From Takakia lepidozioides (taxonomy: Eukaryota; Plantae; Bryophyta), in the NCBI GenBank assembly GCA_030704615.1, contig CM060731.1, positions 19,964,001 through 20,028,000 of the forward strand: DNA of 64,000 nucleotides. Reading direction: 5' to 3'. Position numbers and translations under genes: made by a program. Shown piece after piece: positions 14,049-26,177 of this stretch. Below the pieces are notes generated by a model that saw only the letters and a program-made list of their open reading frames with translations, had not been told where the DNA came from and did not search any database. Position 1 is the stretch's first letter. Every line of letters begins with the position of its first letter.

Positions 14049-14300
14049 TAGAGGTATCGTCATTAGGTTGTAGCCCTGTTTGATATATCTACAGAGGTAT
14101 AGTATTTCATTTTACAAGAAAAGTTGGCCAAATTAATCTATATTTATGCGGAGGTATCGTCATGAGACAGTAGCCCTGTTTAGTATACCACCAGAGGTAT
14201 AGCGCATGACTTACAAAGAAACCTGGTCAAATCAGCCTATATGCAGGTTGAGGTATCGTTATGAGGTAGTTGCCCTGTTTAGTATACCTACAGAGGGATT
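14049..14300. repeat. Degenerate ~100-bp tandem repeat, about 2.5 copies
   Basis: gaggtatcgt(c/t)at...gccctgttt...agagg recurs at ~14050, ~14151 and ~14250. Confidence 0.7.
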
Positions 14301-14702
14301 GGCAACGTACGCATTCTTATCTCTGTTTTTATCCCAGTCCTCGCTTGTTAGATTCTACAGCTGTTCATCGCGTAGCACTTGGCTACATGATGTCTATTGT
14401 TTCTGGTTTACTCAATAAGAAGAGTGGGATAGAAATGTCAAGTGAGTTTTTCATGGTACGTGTCATGGTTGGGTGGACAGGAAGAGGCCAAGGAAGAGGC
14501 AGCAGCAGAGCTGACACATTTGGTAAGGCAACCGTGTCCATCTTGAGTATGAATGATGCTGCACCCTCGGAAATACAAGATGCTTCAAGTAAGTTCAAAG
14601 AGCTTTCTTCTCTTTCTGGTGTGCTGGATATGTATGCGGAGGACAACTAATATCACCTTAGGTGCCAAGGCAGAAACAAACAACCAAACCCTATTTCATT
14701 TC

Positions 14703-14705
<3 letters not shown>

Positions 14706-14787
<82 letters not shown>
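14706..14787. repeat. (CT)n microsatellite
   Basis: About 40 uninterrupted CT units. Confidence 0.98.
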
Positions 14788-14790
<3 letters not shown>

Positions 14791-15389
14791 TTTCTCCCTG
14801 TCCTCTAGGAAGCCTATTGACATTGGGTGGACTTGAAACGGGAGTACATTAATGTCTCTGTCACTAAATGCCGGCCTTCTGACCTCGTGTCCTTGTTTGT
14901 TTCGACCTTAAGCGTTTTGCTTCAGGTAAGGTAGTGCATTGGATTTAGTTGGAAAGCTTGGGGCCTTTCCCTCTTTAGAATATGCCTACACGGGCCATTC
15001 CCTGCAACTCCCTGGAGTGTGATCTCTGAATGGTAACAAACGGACTCCTACCGCTTGGGGGCAGCTCCTCCGCCCAAATTGGGCAGTCGTATGCTCTGTC
15101 TAGCATACTCGGCACTTGGGCTCGGGTTGGTTCCTGTGCTTAAACTTATGGCGTGCGAAAACAATCAAAAATTTAGCTCCTATCAACATCAACACTCCTC
15201 AGGGTGATCCCTCACAAGTGGTTACTTATGCCAAATCTAGGGCTTCATGTGTAGTTTTTGGGGTGAATCCCAGGATGGACGATGTGTCCTTTAAAACTAC
15301 ATGCTCTACCTTAGGCTTGGATTTCATGGTTAATGGTACCATCTCAAGACTTGATAACAAGGGTACGTTGAAGGTTGCAATGACCAAAA

Positions 15390-15585
15390 GTGCTTCTAAT
15401 AGAGTCCCGCATCAATTCAATCTCAAAGAAGTTCGTTCGTGATTTCTTGTTTGACAATTGTGAAATGATCAACAAGGGTTTGAGGTACGAGCATAGTATC
15501 TGGCTAAAACTGAATTTGAAGGGCGGCATGAGTACTCTGCTGGACCTCTTTGTCCGTTGTGTTTACATGCCCACAGAGGGGACCC
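15390..15585 (+). mobile_element. Possible LINE APE-endonuclease fragment
   Basis: SIWLKLNLKGG..LFVRCVYMPTEG resembles the W.KL...(I/V)..VY.P segment of LINE endonucleases. Short and degenerate. Confidence 0.45.
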
Positions 15586-15674
15586 TGTGTGCAAACACGG
15601 AGGATGAAGAAGGGACAAACAATGATGGAGGAGATGAGGGAGAGGAGGAAGAAACAGATGACGACGATGCAGAT

Positions 15675-15801
15675 GAGGAGGAGGAGGAGGAGGAGGGGGA
15701 GGGGGGGGGGGAGGGGAAGGGGGAGGAGGAGGAGGAGGAGGAGGAGGAGGAGGAGGAGGAGGAGGAGGAGGAGGAGGAGGAGGAGGAGCATGATGATGAT
15801 G
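15675..15801. repeat. (GAG)n/(GAT)n trinucleotide repeat
   Basis: Long GAG runs; these explain the spurious poly-E/L/R/S ORFs. Confidence 0.97.
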
Positions 15802-16257
15802 AAGAGGAAGGAATGTAGAACAAATCGAATCAGGGCCTCTTTTTTGGCTACCTTCACCTTGTAAGTATGGAGAAAATTCTGAGACTTGTTTGTGTGTTTC
15901 TTCTTACTCTCTTTTTGACATTCTAGTTGCCTAAGAAAAGTGCCCAAATAATGGTACAAAGATATGGACTACACTACTCCATTGTAGGGAGGCTATGTCG
16001 CTATTGTCCTACCAAGAGGAATGTGGTTTGCAGGCTGTGTAGGCGCCGGGTGGTTTTCCTAGCCTCAAGTATAGCTCCCAGGAACCTTTGCTAAATGGGT
16101 GCATACAACATAAAAGTTGTAGGCCGAGGCTATGTACATATTTTGAGGCTGTGGATACAGTGACTGCTTTAGGATTAAGCATGTAAATGGGTACATTGGG
16201 AGTCCAATTCACTTACTCTTTGGCCATGTTGCTGATCTGGTGCTTGTGCATTTGTAG

Positions 16258-16377
16258 GATTTTAAGCAGAAGTATCCAGACGTGATTGTGCCAAACCCAC
16301 TAGAAGCCATTCAACAGCTGCGAAACAGGCAGTCGATGCTTCAGGATGTGGCCGATCTAGACCTTTGTGACTATGTG
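16258..16377 (+). pseudogene. Isolated exon of inositol 1,3,4-trisphosphate 5/6-kinase (ITPK) captured in the TIR element
   Basis: After the ttgtag acceptor it reads DFKQKYPDVIVPNPLEAIQQLRNRQSMLQDVADLDLCDY, matching the plant ITPK segment HPEV.VLDPP.AI..L.NRQSMLQ.VADL.L. Followed by a GT donor. No other ITPK exons were recognised. Confidence 0.8.
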
Positions 16378-19300
16378 GTTGGTTTTAGGCCAGTACACAG
16401 TGCCTTCAACCAGCTCTTATATCTATTTGACCTGGAGTTTCGGTTTAGGGGCATCAATTTAATCAATTTTACTCACACTGAGAACCAAATTTTGAGTAAC
16501 CAGTCATATTGCAGACTTAAGTTAATTTAAATCTCAGTGATTGAGTGAGTGAGTCCACGGCAATGCCTGGATACATGAGAAGTTGACCTGCATTTTGTTG
16601 TTTTCCATTTCTTGCAACTTTTGGAATTTGAATATGGTCCTGGACGACCATCCGATCTGCTTCCTTCTTTTCATAGCCCCGTGTTTTCATTTTGCTCGTG
16701 TTGTTTGCAATCTGAGTATCCCGCAACAAAGAGGAAGATTTAAAGAACTTAGTTGATGAATTATGTTCTGCATGATTCCCACATCTGAGGAACAACGGAA
16801 TCACCAGTCATGAAGCAGGTTAGAGGTCTGCTACAAGTGGTCACTTGCGTATGGGCTAATATGGACTTGGTAGTGATCTTCCTGTGCAGACCGTTGTCCA
16901 TGTGCTTTTCAATCAATCTGCGGTTCCAGTACAAAAGAATGTAGAGGTATTGACCACAAGAGGAAGCAATATAACTTGGCATAGGGGCTGATATGGACTT
17001 GACATTGATCTTCCATGTGCACACCTCTCTCCATGTGCTGCTCATCCACCACTCTACCCACTGCCTGCGTATCGCTGGTTTGACTGAGTGACTGGTCACT
17101 AGATCACCAGTCACACCTTCATAGGAGTGGGCATGTGGCTTGCAAGTGTTGGGCTGCCAATAACAAACCCACTACAACGTTGCACTACAACCATAATCTC
17201 ATCACTATTGTAGAACTTAGCATTCATGCTCTCGATTCCCACTCCAGCCTTTCAAATTCCTCAACTTCCATTCAGTATCCCATGAACCCCACATGCAGCC
17301 CGAGTGTTATTACAATCACGTTATGTGCTTTGGTAAATACTGTTGTTGGAATGAGGCAAAGCCCTCAAACCTTGGCCAAATGTTTATGCAAACCTCCTTA
17401 AACTGCTTGTGAGGTAAATGGGTTTGATGTGCATGCCAGGGCTAGCTCCATCTCATTTTTTGGGGGACCCTTTGGGAGACAGATGGCTTACTCAGAAGTG
17501 CTTCAGCTTCCTCTGATTCACTGGCAAAAGATATATGGCTACCTCTGAAAGAAACAAACAATTTCAAACCTCACAATTGATGAATGGCTTCCCCTGCATC
17601 ATCATGTACTCCCCTGGCACTAGTATCTGGCCCCCATGACACAACCCCAGAGAAAACAAAAGACATGTTCATTTCGAGAATTATCTCCAATAATCTTGTT
17701 TCGATACCCTTGCAAAGGTATCATGTTGCAATTGGGCTGTGTGTTCGATAGAGAGTTTAATATATCAACTCTTAGACGTTGATACTCTTACAGTGGTATC
17801 ATGTTTGGTATATGTACATAGCCATATATTGGCACTATAAGGGCTTGGCAGTATGAAATTGGTTAGTGTCTCAAGGTGCAGATGAAACATGCTAACATAT
17901 TTAGATTGTAAGCAACACCCACCAGTCAAACTCATCCTCAGAAGAGATTGATACACAAAAATTTCTCAGGGTCGTTGGTGCGCAAGCTATCCTAAAATGT
18001 ATTAGCAAACCACAGTACACAGTGTGGGCAGGTTGAAGACAAACCATGTGATCAAGCTCTTTCTTTCAGTGTATGTGTTGAGGAGCGTTTGGTAACCCAC
18101 TCTACTACCCCTAAAGCTCTCTCCTCAAAACTCATGAGTCACCTGCACGTACACAAGAACTACAGCTTTAGCTAAAATGATATCTTTATCAATGATTGGG
18201 GAAACTCATGCCAATATGGGAATGTGCTTACTCATGGGCAGATCTTGTCATTTGGTGATCCAAGAAGGCTTCCATCATACATAGCGCCACCACCGCTCCA
18301 CCACCGCTCAACCCTAAACTTGTTGTTGCATTCTTCTCTCGTTACTTCTCGTCCTCCAACTGATTTGATCCTTTCACTTTTAGGGCACCTCTGCCCTAAA
18401 AACCCTTCATCACTTCATTTCTCTCTCCCTTTCCCCTCTCGCTCTCTCTCTAGTATATATCTCTCCTTTAGGGTACGCGACTCACGTCGTGACTTAGGCC
18501 TTACCACAAGCAAAGGATGGACGGGCAGCAGGAATAGACGGGCCAGCATGTATATTCATCTTATACTCTCGTATGTATATGTGTATATGATACATATACA
18601 TATACATACACATGATAATATATTATATACAAAACTGCGTTAAAAATTATAGATTACAATTCAATTGAATTGCAGTCAGCAATTCAATTGAATTGCCAAC
18701 TGGCGATTCAATTGAATTGCAAATTAGGGTTAGTTCAATTGAATTGGCATCTGATAAAGTGAATTGGCATCTAATCAAGTGAATTGCGCTGCATTTCACA
18801 TCAAGGCCTATTTGGAATTCCCTACCACCACCCCCGCCCACCCCCTCCTACCCGCCGCCCGCCGCAGGGTCCATTGCTCTCCAAAACACTGTCATACATT
18901 CTCACTAAGCATTGGTGTATTGCACGCATCTATCATGCATGCCCCATGAATGTAAGAAAACAGCCATCACATCATGACTTTGCGTCATGTACATGTGCAC
19001 ATGCCTCCTCATACACATGTGTAGCGTGGCATTCCTTGCTTTGTTTTACCCTCCCGAGATTGCTTGAGAGCGGGTTGGCTGCTCAATCGAAGCTTCACAA
19101 CGGGATCCTGCTCTCGCTGGAGCAGCTTGCAGCAGAGCACACACACGGGAAGGATATCGATAGTAAAGCCTGATTGTTTTTCTGTTTGTTAGTTTATGCA
19201 AGGGGCAGGAGTAGACGGGTGTAGAGGGCGCTCTTGTTGAAACGCGCAATTCCAATGTTTACAACGGATGCCTGGATGGGTATGAGGCGCCTTCAACAAT

Positions 19301-20065
19301 ACTCCAGGCCCTCAAACAGAGTGGAAGCACAAGAAAAGCTTTGTCATGAGTGCACCCGCAATCGCAGGTAAGAGTTGACCATTTAGCTCCATTGGCAGCA
19401 GCACAAATCTGATCAATAGCTCACATGGACATCAGCAAGGTAGGAAACCACACCTTTCCTGAAGATGTCCTACAATGTACTGCATTTTCGAAGCTAGTAC
19501 TCATATATGTTGTAATGCCCTCAACCCAGTGGTAGCAAATGAGAGTTATTTGCAGATACAAGTCAAAATCTACAATAATTTAGTAATCCAGCTTTGAAGT
19601 TGCACTGGGTTGTTACAGATCTGGTGTTGGATTGTGATGGCTGCTTGAGCATATCTGGCAAACGGTGGCCAATGTATGCTTCGCAATTTACCTGCTTTCC
19701 ATCTCCACCTTCCAAATTTGTTGTTGGACATGCTGATTTACCAGTTTACTATCTTATACTTAATCAGATCGATAGGTTTTTAAGACTTTAGGTTTCCTGC
19801 AAGTTCATTTTGTTGGCTCCTCGATGGAATTTGTGTTACACTTTCTTTCCCTCCGTTGTTGCCTGAGCATGACAATGTCCAGAGCCTCTTCTTTCATTTG
19901 TTCTCATGTGTAAATCTGGCAGGGCGATCCACTGCTAATGAAGGTACCTTCTTTAACACATTTCAGCCTGTTTTTCCCTGTTATCAGAATCGTCCCAGCA
20001 AGGCAAGGATGTATGCATGATTTGTGCAGAGCATGGATAGCTGAAGGAGCAGGGATAGAGTTTGG

Positions 20066-20300
20066 GTCTGGAATGAATACTTTTCTGACCCCAGTGCTTG
20101 TGGTGTGCTTGCGCAAGCCTGGCAGCCCTGGAAAAGGGCAAAGAGGTCTATGGTGACATCATCAAAGCCGGAATTGTACCTGGTGGGCATGTATGCCAAA
20201 TGTGGCAGCATTGAGGATGCAAAGGGAGTATTTGACAATATGGCTGAACGAGGTATGGTGTCGTGGAGGGCGGCGATGATCGCAGGATATGAAGCTGCAT
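20066..20300 (+). pseudogene. PLS-class PPR fragment preceded by a half PDF motif
   Basis: VWNEYFSDPS followed by MYAKCGSIEDAKGVFDNMAERGMVSWRAAMIAGY. The upstream flank matches sequence at ~55340-55760. Confidence 0.8.
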
Positions 20301-20728
20301 GCCTTCTGTTTGATTTTCTTATGTGTGTTTGCTGCTTTTAATGTTGAGTGCTTGTTTCCTGTGTGTTCCTCAAAGCAGTGCTCCAACAATGTGGTCTCGT
20401 GCCATTGTATGCATGGAGTAGCGGTTTCTCTTTGTTACGCATTACATTTTCACTCGTTCCCACGGGAACGAGTGGGAACGAGGTCCCAGGTTCGCGGTTG
20501 TGGGCCCCTACACCCTCTGGGGTGAGCATCTTTCCGCTCACGGATTGGCATCTTCCCGCTCACGTGAGCCGCTCACGGTCTAGCAATCCCCTGTTTGCTC
20601 TACAACCACAAGCACCACGGAAAAAACGTAACCACACCGAAACAACATTACATCAAATACAGGCAATCAGTTACACATCCACTCAGAGCACACATAAACA
20701 CGAAATACAGACATTGCAACTCAGTACC

Positions 20729-20950
20729 TGGATGTGAAGTTGGATGAACATTGGATGAATGGTGGATGGATGAAAAATGTTGGATGGATGGTGGATGAAT
20801 GTTGGTTGGATGTTGGATGCATGATGGCTGAGTGTGGGGCGAATGATGGATGATATATGTTGGAACATTGGATGAATGACGGAGGGACAAATTTGAATGG
20901 TAGAATGGCTGATAGTTGAGGGATGGACATATGTTTTGGATGTGCGTATG
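20729..20950. repeat. TGGA/TGGATG-rich degenerate repeat, probably a TE subterminal region
   Basis: Dense tggatg(aa) units. The same GGATGAAA motif recurs at ~29460-30610 and ~47520-47890. Confidence 0.75.
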
Positions 20951-21364
20951 TTTAAAGACTGGAAGTATTGTGGATCCACATAGATTGTATGAATGGACAA
21001 AATGAAAAAATTTATGTCCAGGAAATGTCTTATGTAGACAATGTTGGGAAGGGAGGCACACACTTGACGCAAGAGAAGCAATCTCCTCACAGTTGATGCC
21101 ATAGATATTCCTAAACAAGTGGAACCAGTCGGAAAATGTCTATGCACTAGAACTGGTGCTAGCACCGGACTAATGTCCATAAAGATCCTAGTTTTGCTGT
21201 CCACCTTTTCTACACGATCGAAGAAAACTAGAGGGGGAGAGTCGTAGAGAGTAAGCTCCGTAGCGGTAGCCTCCGCATAGCATGGTAACTCTAGGGGGGC
21301 AGGTGGGCTAGGGAAAAATTCCGGGAAAGCAAAGAAAAGAATACTTCTCTTCGTTTTTGGTGTC

Positions 21365-23000
21365 CTACAAAGTGGTAGTAGAAATCGATAAAGGCAGGGC
21401 AAGCTCGCATGAAAACAGCTCCGCATCCTCCTCCATGCCGAAGAAGTGTCTACCGGCGCTCTTACAGGCATAGAATGTTGCACCTACAAATGCACAGAAC
21501 GAATGGTTAAAAAACCATGAATCATTACAAAATTCAAGATCATAGTTACAGGAGAGCAGGAGACTTGGCAGGGCTCACCTGTTCCCAAAGACAAGTCCAC
21601 CGCCCGCCCCCCATGCCGGCTGCAAGTCTCCACCAGAGTTTGTTGAATGTTGCAGATTTCTCCCGAGTATCTCTCCAAGGGACACCATTCGTCCTTGTCA
21701 AGGTCCGCCCGGAGTCCACGTAATTGAACAAGACATCGTCCCCCACATGCTCACAGGTGGGGTCGATGTGTGCGGCAAGGTCTCTCAACTAGAACTCCGC
21801 AATACCAGGGAGGAGGGTGTCCTTTCGCAACCTCACCAAGCATAAAGCCTCGAACACCCGAGTCTGCATGCACGCCCCCCAAAATTCAGTTTTCGAACAT
21901 GCATAATAAACTCAACCGAATGAAATTAGCAGAAGAGGCAGTCCACAACCCTGAATTCACCATCTGTCCGGGGAACTCTCCCTTGGAAAATGGAAGCGTG
22001 TTGATACAAGTCCATGTTTTGATGACCTTAAATCCGGAAGCCTTCATGTAACTGAAAAGGGTTATGCGCGCCAGCATGTCTTTTGTCTGCAAAAGAAGTA
22101 GAGCTCTTGCATCAGACAGAAATTTGTTGCTGAAAGAAAAAACCCACTGCCAGAAAAGGGCATCTGACTTGTTCCACAATGGCGTTGTGTTGGATGGGAG
22201 AACATCCGGCACAGGCAAACCATCTGGAATGTCCAGGACCACCAGGTCTGTTGCGTACGCTTGTTGGCTTCCATTCACCCATTCAGGCCTTTTGGTGACT
22301 TACTCCACATAACAAAAACAGTAGACCAGTTAGGAATATAACAGAATCTTCAACCAAGTGAAAAACATACCAGACAGAGTTTTGTGTGGGCACCTTTGTG
22401 AGGAAAGAAACCAGGACGTCCCAAGTCTTCGATTTCTCTCCTTTGAATGTGGATTTTATGGATTCCATCATTGCCAAGAAGCTCTCGTTAATCACCTCAC
22501 TTTCATATTGACCCAAAACCCGAGAAGGGTGCTCTCTGGCCTCGTAAAGCTGTTCTTTAGTTTTCAGAGTTCTCCTGTCCTTCCGAGTTGGAGAGGGCTG
22601 ACGCTCCGTGGTGTCCTGCACAGCCTGTTCCTACCCAGCCACAATCTTCCCCTTCCCCTTCCCATCACCTGCGCCCTTCCCCTTGCGTTTGGGAATGCTA
22701 TTTTTATCCGGCTCCTTTGCTGCGAGGGATTGAATTATTCTCTCTTGAATTTCCTTGTCACTGAGTGGTGCAAGAGCTATTGCATTGTCATTGAAGTTCC
22801 GCATGACCACCTCCTCGAATGGTATGTCATGTTTAGGCAAATCCAGGTACTAGCCACAGTCTTTGAAGTATGCCCTGCCCCAGTCCTTCGCAATCCCCGC
22901 AGTGTACATTGTCTTGTCCTTAGTGGGGTCCGCCCAAATGAAAATGAAATCCGGCTCATCACTGAGGTAATTGTCGGGAATGAGGACATGGTATATATAC
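21365..23000 (-). pseudogene. Intron-containing DNA amino-methyltransferase-like gene (N6-adenine/N4-cytosine MTase, beta arrangement), degenerate and 5'-truncated
   Basis: Exons 23000-22394, 22299-21961, 21863-21579 and 21483-~21365. Motif IV-like DLVVLDIPDG; VI-like FLSDARALLL; X-like REKSATF..TLVETCS; motif I AVDLSLGTG, spliced to ATFYACKSAGRHFFGMEEDAELF. Three TAG stops, one frameshift and one mutated acceptor. Confidence 0.78.
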
Positions 23001-23064
23001 CTGGAAAACACACCCAAAATAATAATTTCATAAAAGCCACAGTTTATCAGACACAAAGCAAGCA

Positions 23065-25320
23065 TATCAGTGGCATGTTCCTGGTACTAAAGATAGGACA
23101 GGGGTACCCATAGCTATTCCAAAGAATTCTACTCTAATTCGTGCACCTCTCAACATCACCATCCCTGCCTTGACCCAGAAGGTGATCAAGTTTGGTCTGG
23201 CCTTCTTGTGTCCAGCTACTCATTTCCTAGAAGTTGAAGGATGGAGGAGATTGACTGCCCTTAAGCATTGCCTGGTGGCCACTGGTGTTATAGATAAAGG
23301 ATATAGGCAAGAAGTCAAGATCCTGATTGCTAATCTTGAGCGCTTCTCTGTGACTATTAAAAAGGGGCAGGTTTTGGCTCGCATCACTGCTCTAACCATT
23401 GTTGAAATACAAGAGGTGCAAGCTGGCTTTGGACTTGAGGCCATTGGCATCCAACATGGCCCCTTAGATGAGGTTGCTGCAGTTGCACCACCACCTGTCC
23501 CTGATCTTAGCCCAGAAGGTAAGACGGCCCTCACCAAAATCTTATCTGAAATCAAGTTGGGCACAAATCTCTCCTCAGGACAAAGGATGAAAGTAGAGAT
23601 GCTTATTGCAAAGAATCTAGATGTTTTCAGTTTGGGATCCACTGATTTAAGGCGCACTCCTATTCTCCAACATGACATTGTCACTGAAGGGGCTCCTATC
23701 AAACAATTTGCTTACCATGAGAGTGTCAAGGAACGTGCTATTATCCAAGAAGAAGTCCAGAAAATGCTTGATGCTGGCGTGATTAAGCCTTCAGTTTCTC
23801 CTTGGGCCAGTCCGATTGTCCTGGTTGGTAAGAAAGATGGCACCACCCGTTTCTGTGTTGACTTCAGAAAGCTGAATGATATCACCAAAAAGGATGCATA
23901 CCCACTACCCAGGATTAATGAGACCTTGGATCAATTGCACAGTGCTACAATTTTTCCCTCTCTTGATCTTGTGTCTGGCTTTTGGCAAGTTCTTTTTACT
24001 GAAGCTGCCAAGGAAAAAACCTCCTTTGTGTGTCGCATGGGCAAATACCAATATGAGACCATGCCTTTTGGTTTGTGCAATGTCACCTCTACTTTCCAAC
24101 GCCTCATGGACATTGTCTTGGGCAATCTTCACTGGGAGTGTGCTCTAATTTATGTTGATGATATCAATGTTTACTCCGCCAGTTTTGATGCTCAGTTAGC
24201 TGATTTGCAACGTGTTTTCAACAAATTGCGCACTGCAGGTCTCAAAGTAAAGCCCAAGAAGTGTGAGCTATTCATGCTTGAGCTGCACTTCCTTGGTCAT
24301 GTTCTGTCCAAAGATGGTTTACTTCCTGATCCTACCAACCTTGAGTCTGTTTGGGGCTTTCATATCCCCAGGGATAAACATTGTATCAAATCCTTATTTG
24401 GTCTGGCTTCTTATTATAGGCGCTTCATAAATAACTTTGCCAAGCTTGCTCACCCTCTAACCAAGGTGTTGTGCAAAGATGCCAGGTTTGAATGGACCTT
24501 CTCCCAACAGGCTGCTTTTGACACCCTTCGCAAGGCTTTGTATTCAACTCCCATCCTGATGTTTCCCAACTTTGAATTACTTTTCTTGCTTCAGACTGAT
24601 GTATCAGATGTTACCATCTCTGCAATCTTATGTCAAGTTGTAGAAGGCAAGGAGCATGTAATAGCTTATGCATCTCGTCCTCTAGATCGTCATGAAAGAA
24701 ATTATTCCATATTTGATAAGGAGGGTCTAGCCCTGGTCTTTGGTGTGAAGCATTTCAGGCAATATTTACATGGCAGCCGGTTTGTGGTAGAGACTGGTCA
24801 TCTTCCACTAAAGGCTCTTGTTAAGCCAAGGGAACTTCATGGCAGACTTGCTAGATGGGCTATGTACCTGCAAGAATTTGACATGGATATAGTCTACAAA
24901 GAAGGGGAAGGAAAACACGAATGCTGATGCACTCACACGGGTTGATCCTCCTGTCAACAGGCCTATGCTCACCTTGGATGACCTTATTGCTGCTGATGCT
25001 GCCCCTCCTCCTGATCCTGCCCCTCTTCTCAACCTTCTTTATGCAGATCAGCAACCCGTGGCCCTAGATTCACATGGTATATTGGCTGCTTGGGGCTGGT
25101 CCAGCCTATTAGATGAGCTTGGTTGATTTATTCGTGTGTTAGTATGTGTGGTGGATCTATCGCTTCGCGAGAATTTGGATGGTTTGGTGGAAGTTCATTA
25201 TTGTGTTTTAGTCCTTCTCTTTCCTAGGCCCCCGAGTTTGTTGTGATTCAGCTGCTGCACTCCGGTGTGACTATTGGCTTGAGCCTCAAGGCCTGATTTG
25301 GCTGTCCATGAGTAGTAACA
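23065..25320 (+). mobile_element. Ty3/gypsy fragment: dUTPase-like domain, RT and RNase H; integrase missing; probable LTR end at ~25320
   Basis: ORF 23170-24927 has SPWASPIVLVGKKDGTTRFCVDFRKLN, YVDD, LQTDVS and RWAMYLQEFD. Highly similar to 61630-63162. Confidence 0.93.
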
Positions 25321-25335
25321 AATGAGGTGAAGGTA

Positions 25336-25780
25336 TACTAGTACAGATTATCGTTTTTATGACTGTAAATATCACTACATTTGCAGTGATACGTGGATTA
25401 TGACTACATCACTCTGCAGTGACAAACACGAAGTCAGTTCTACCATCACTGCAGAGTGATAAATGCGAAGTGATGGTCGTCACTACAGACGTGGCACCTG
25501 CCAACGACTTAGAGTGACGTGGGGTGTAGTGTTGTAGTCATAACTATACGACTACAAGGCTACGTGTTATGACTACACTTACAACTATGTCACTACAGAT
25601 GAGTGCCAACATGGAGAGGTTTATCCATGACACGCATGACCCCCCGGATGTATATGACTACACGACTGTCCCTTATGACTACACTTATGACTATATCACT
25701 ACTCACTACATCATTGAAGGTAGCATATGGTATATTTCATGACTACAAATATGACTCCATCACTATAGGTTTGTACTGGT
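25336..25780. repeat. GACTAC/CACTAC-rich region, probable degenerate non-autonomous DNA transposon
   Basis: Many (t)gactac/cactac motifs in both orientations. The ends tactagtacag and tttgtactggt are weakly inverted. Confidence 0.5.
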
Positions 25781-26177
25781 TCTGGTAGGTCATCTAACAC
25801 GTGTCCTTATTCGATTAGTTTATAAAACCATTAATGCTATTTTATTTATTAATTTCATGTAAATTTTATTTATCGTTTTGATATTCCGATATGTTTCAAT
25901 ATATAGAGCAATATATTTAATTGAATGAAAGAATTTCACACAAATACACAGATTGTTGAATGTCGATCATACAACAAAAAACCAATGGGAAAAATGTTCC
26001 CATGGATGCCGCAAAGGCTCTACAATGAGCATTCAAGAAGCCTGAAAGGCCACATGGATAAATAACCAAGCCTCCAAAGCTACAAGTCCCAAAACCCAAG
26101 CCCACACCGGGCCAGCAGTCCACTAGTATTCATACAATTGAAGAGCTCTATTTACAAATCACCATTGTGGCATATTT

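Larger units (their letters stand above)
13672..18824. mobile_element. Non-autonomous Pack-type TIR transposon (hAT-like termini), ~360-bp TIRs, 8-bp TSD
   Basis: 13672-14033 is the reverse complement of 18451-18824. Termini are TAGGGAATTCC...GGAATTCCCTA, with CCACCACC on both flanks (13664-13671 and 18825-18832). The TIRs contain repeated AATTCAATTGAATT palindromes. No transposase was seen inside. Confidence 0.88.

Noticed and set aside
15390-15959. ORFs with poly-E, poly-L, poly-R and poly-S tracts
   Set aside because: They are reading frames of a GAG microsatellite, not genes.
19040-19370. Exon-like segments after the TIR element
   Set aside because: They contain stops and match no family I recognise.
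20683-21483. 266-aa ORF as a standalone gene
   Set aside because: Its start overlaps the last MTase exon in another frame and its tail is translated TGGA repeat.
22358-23113. 251-aa plus-strand ORF
   Set aside because: It is the antisense shadow of the MTase-like exon and has no recognisable motifs.
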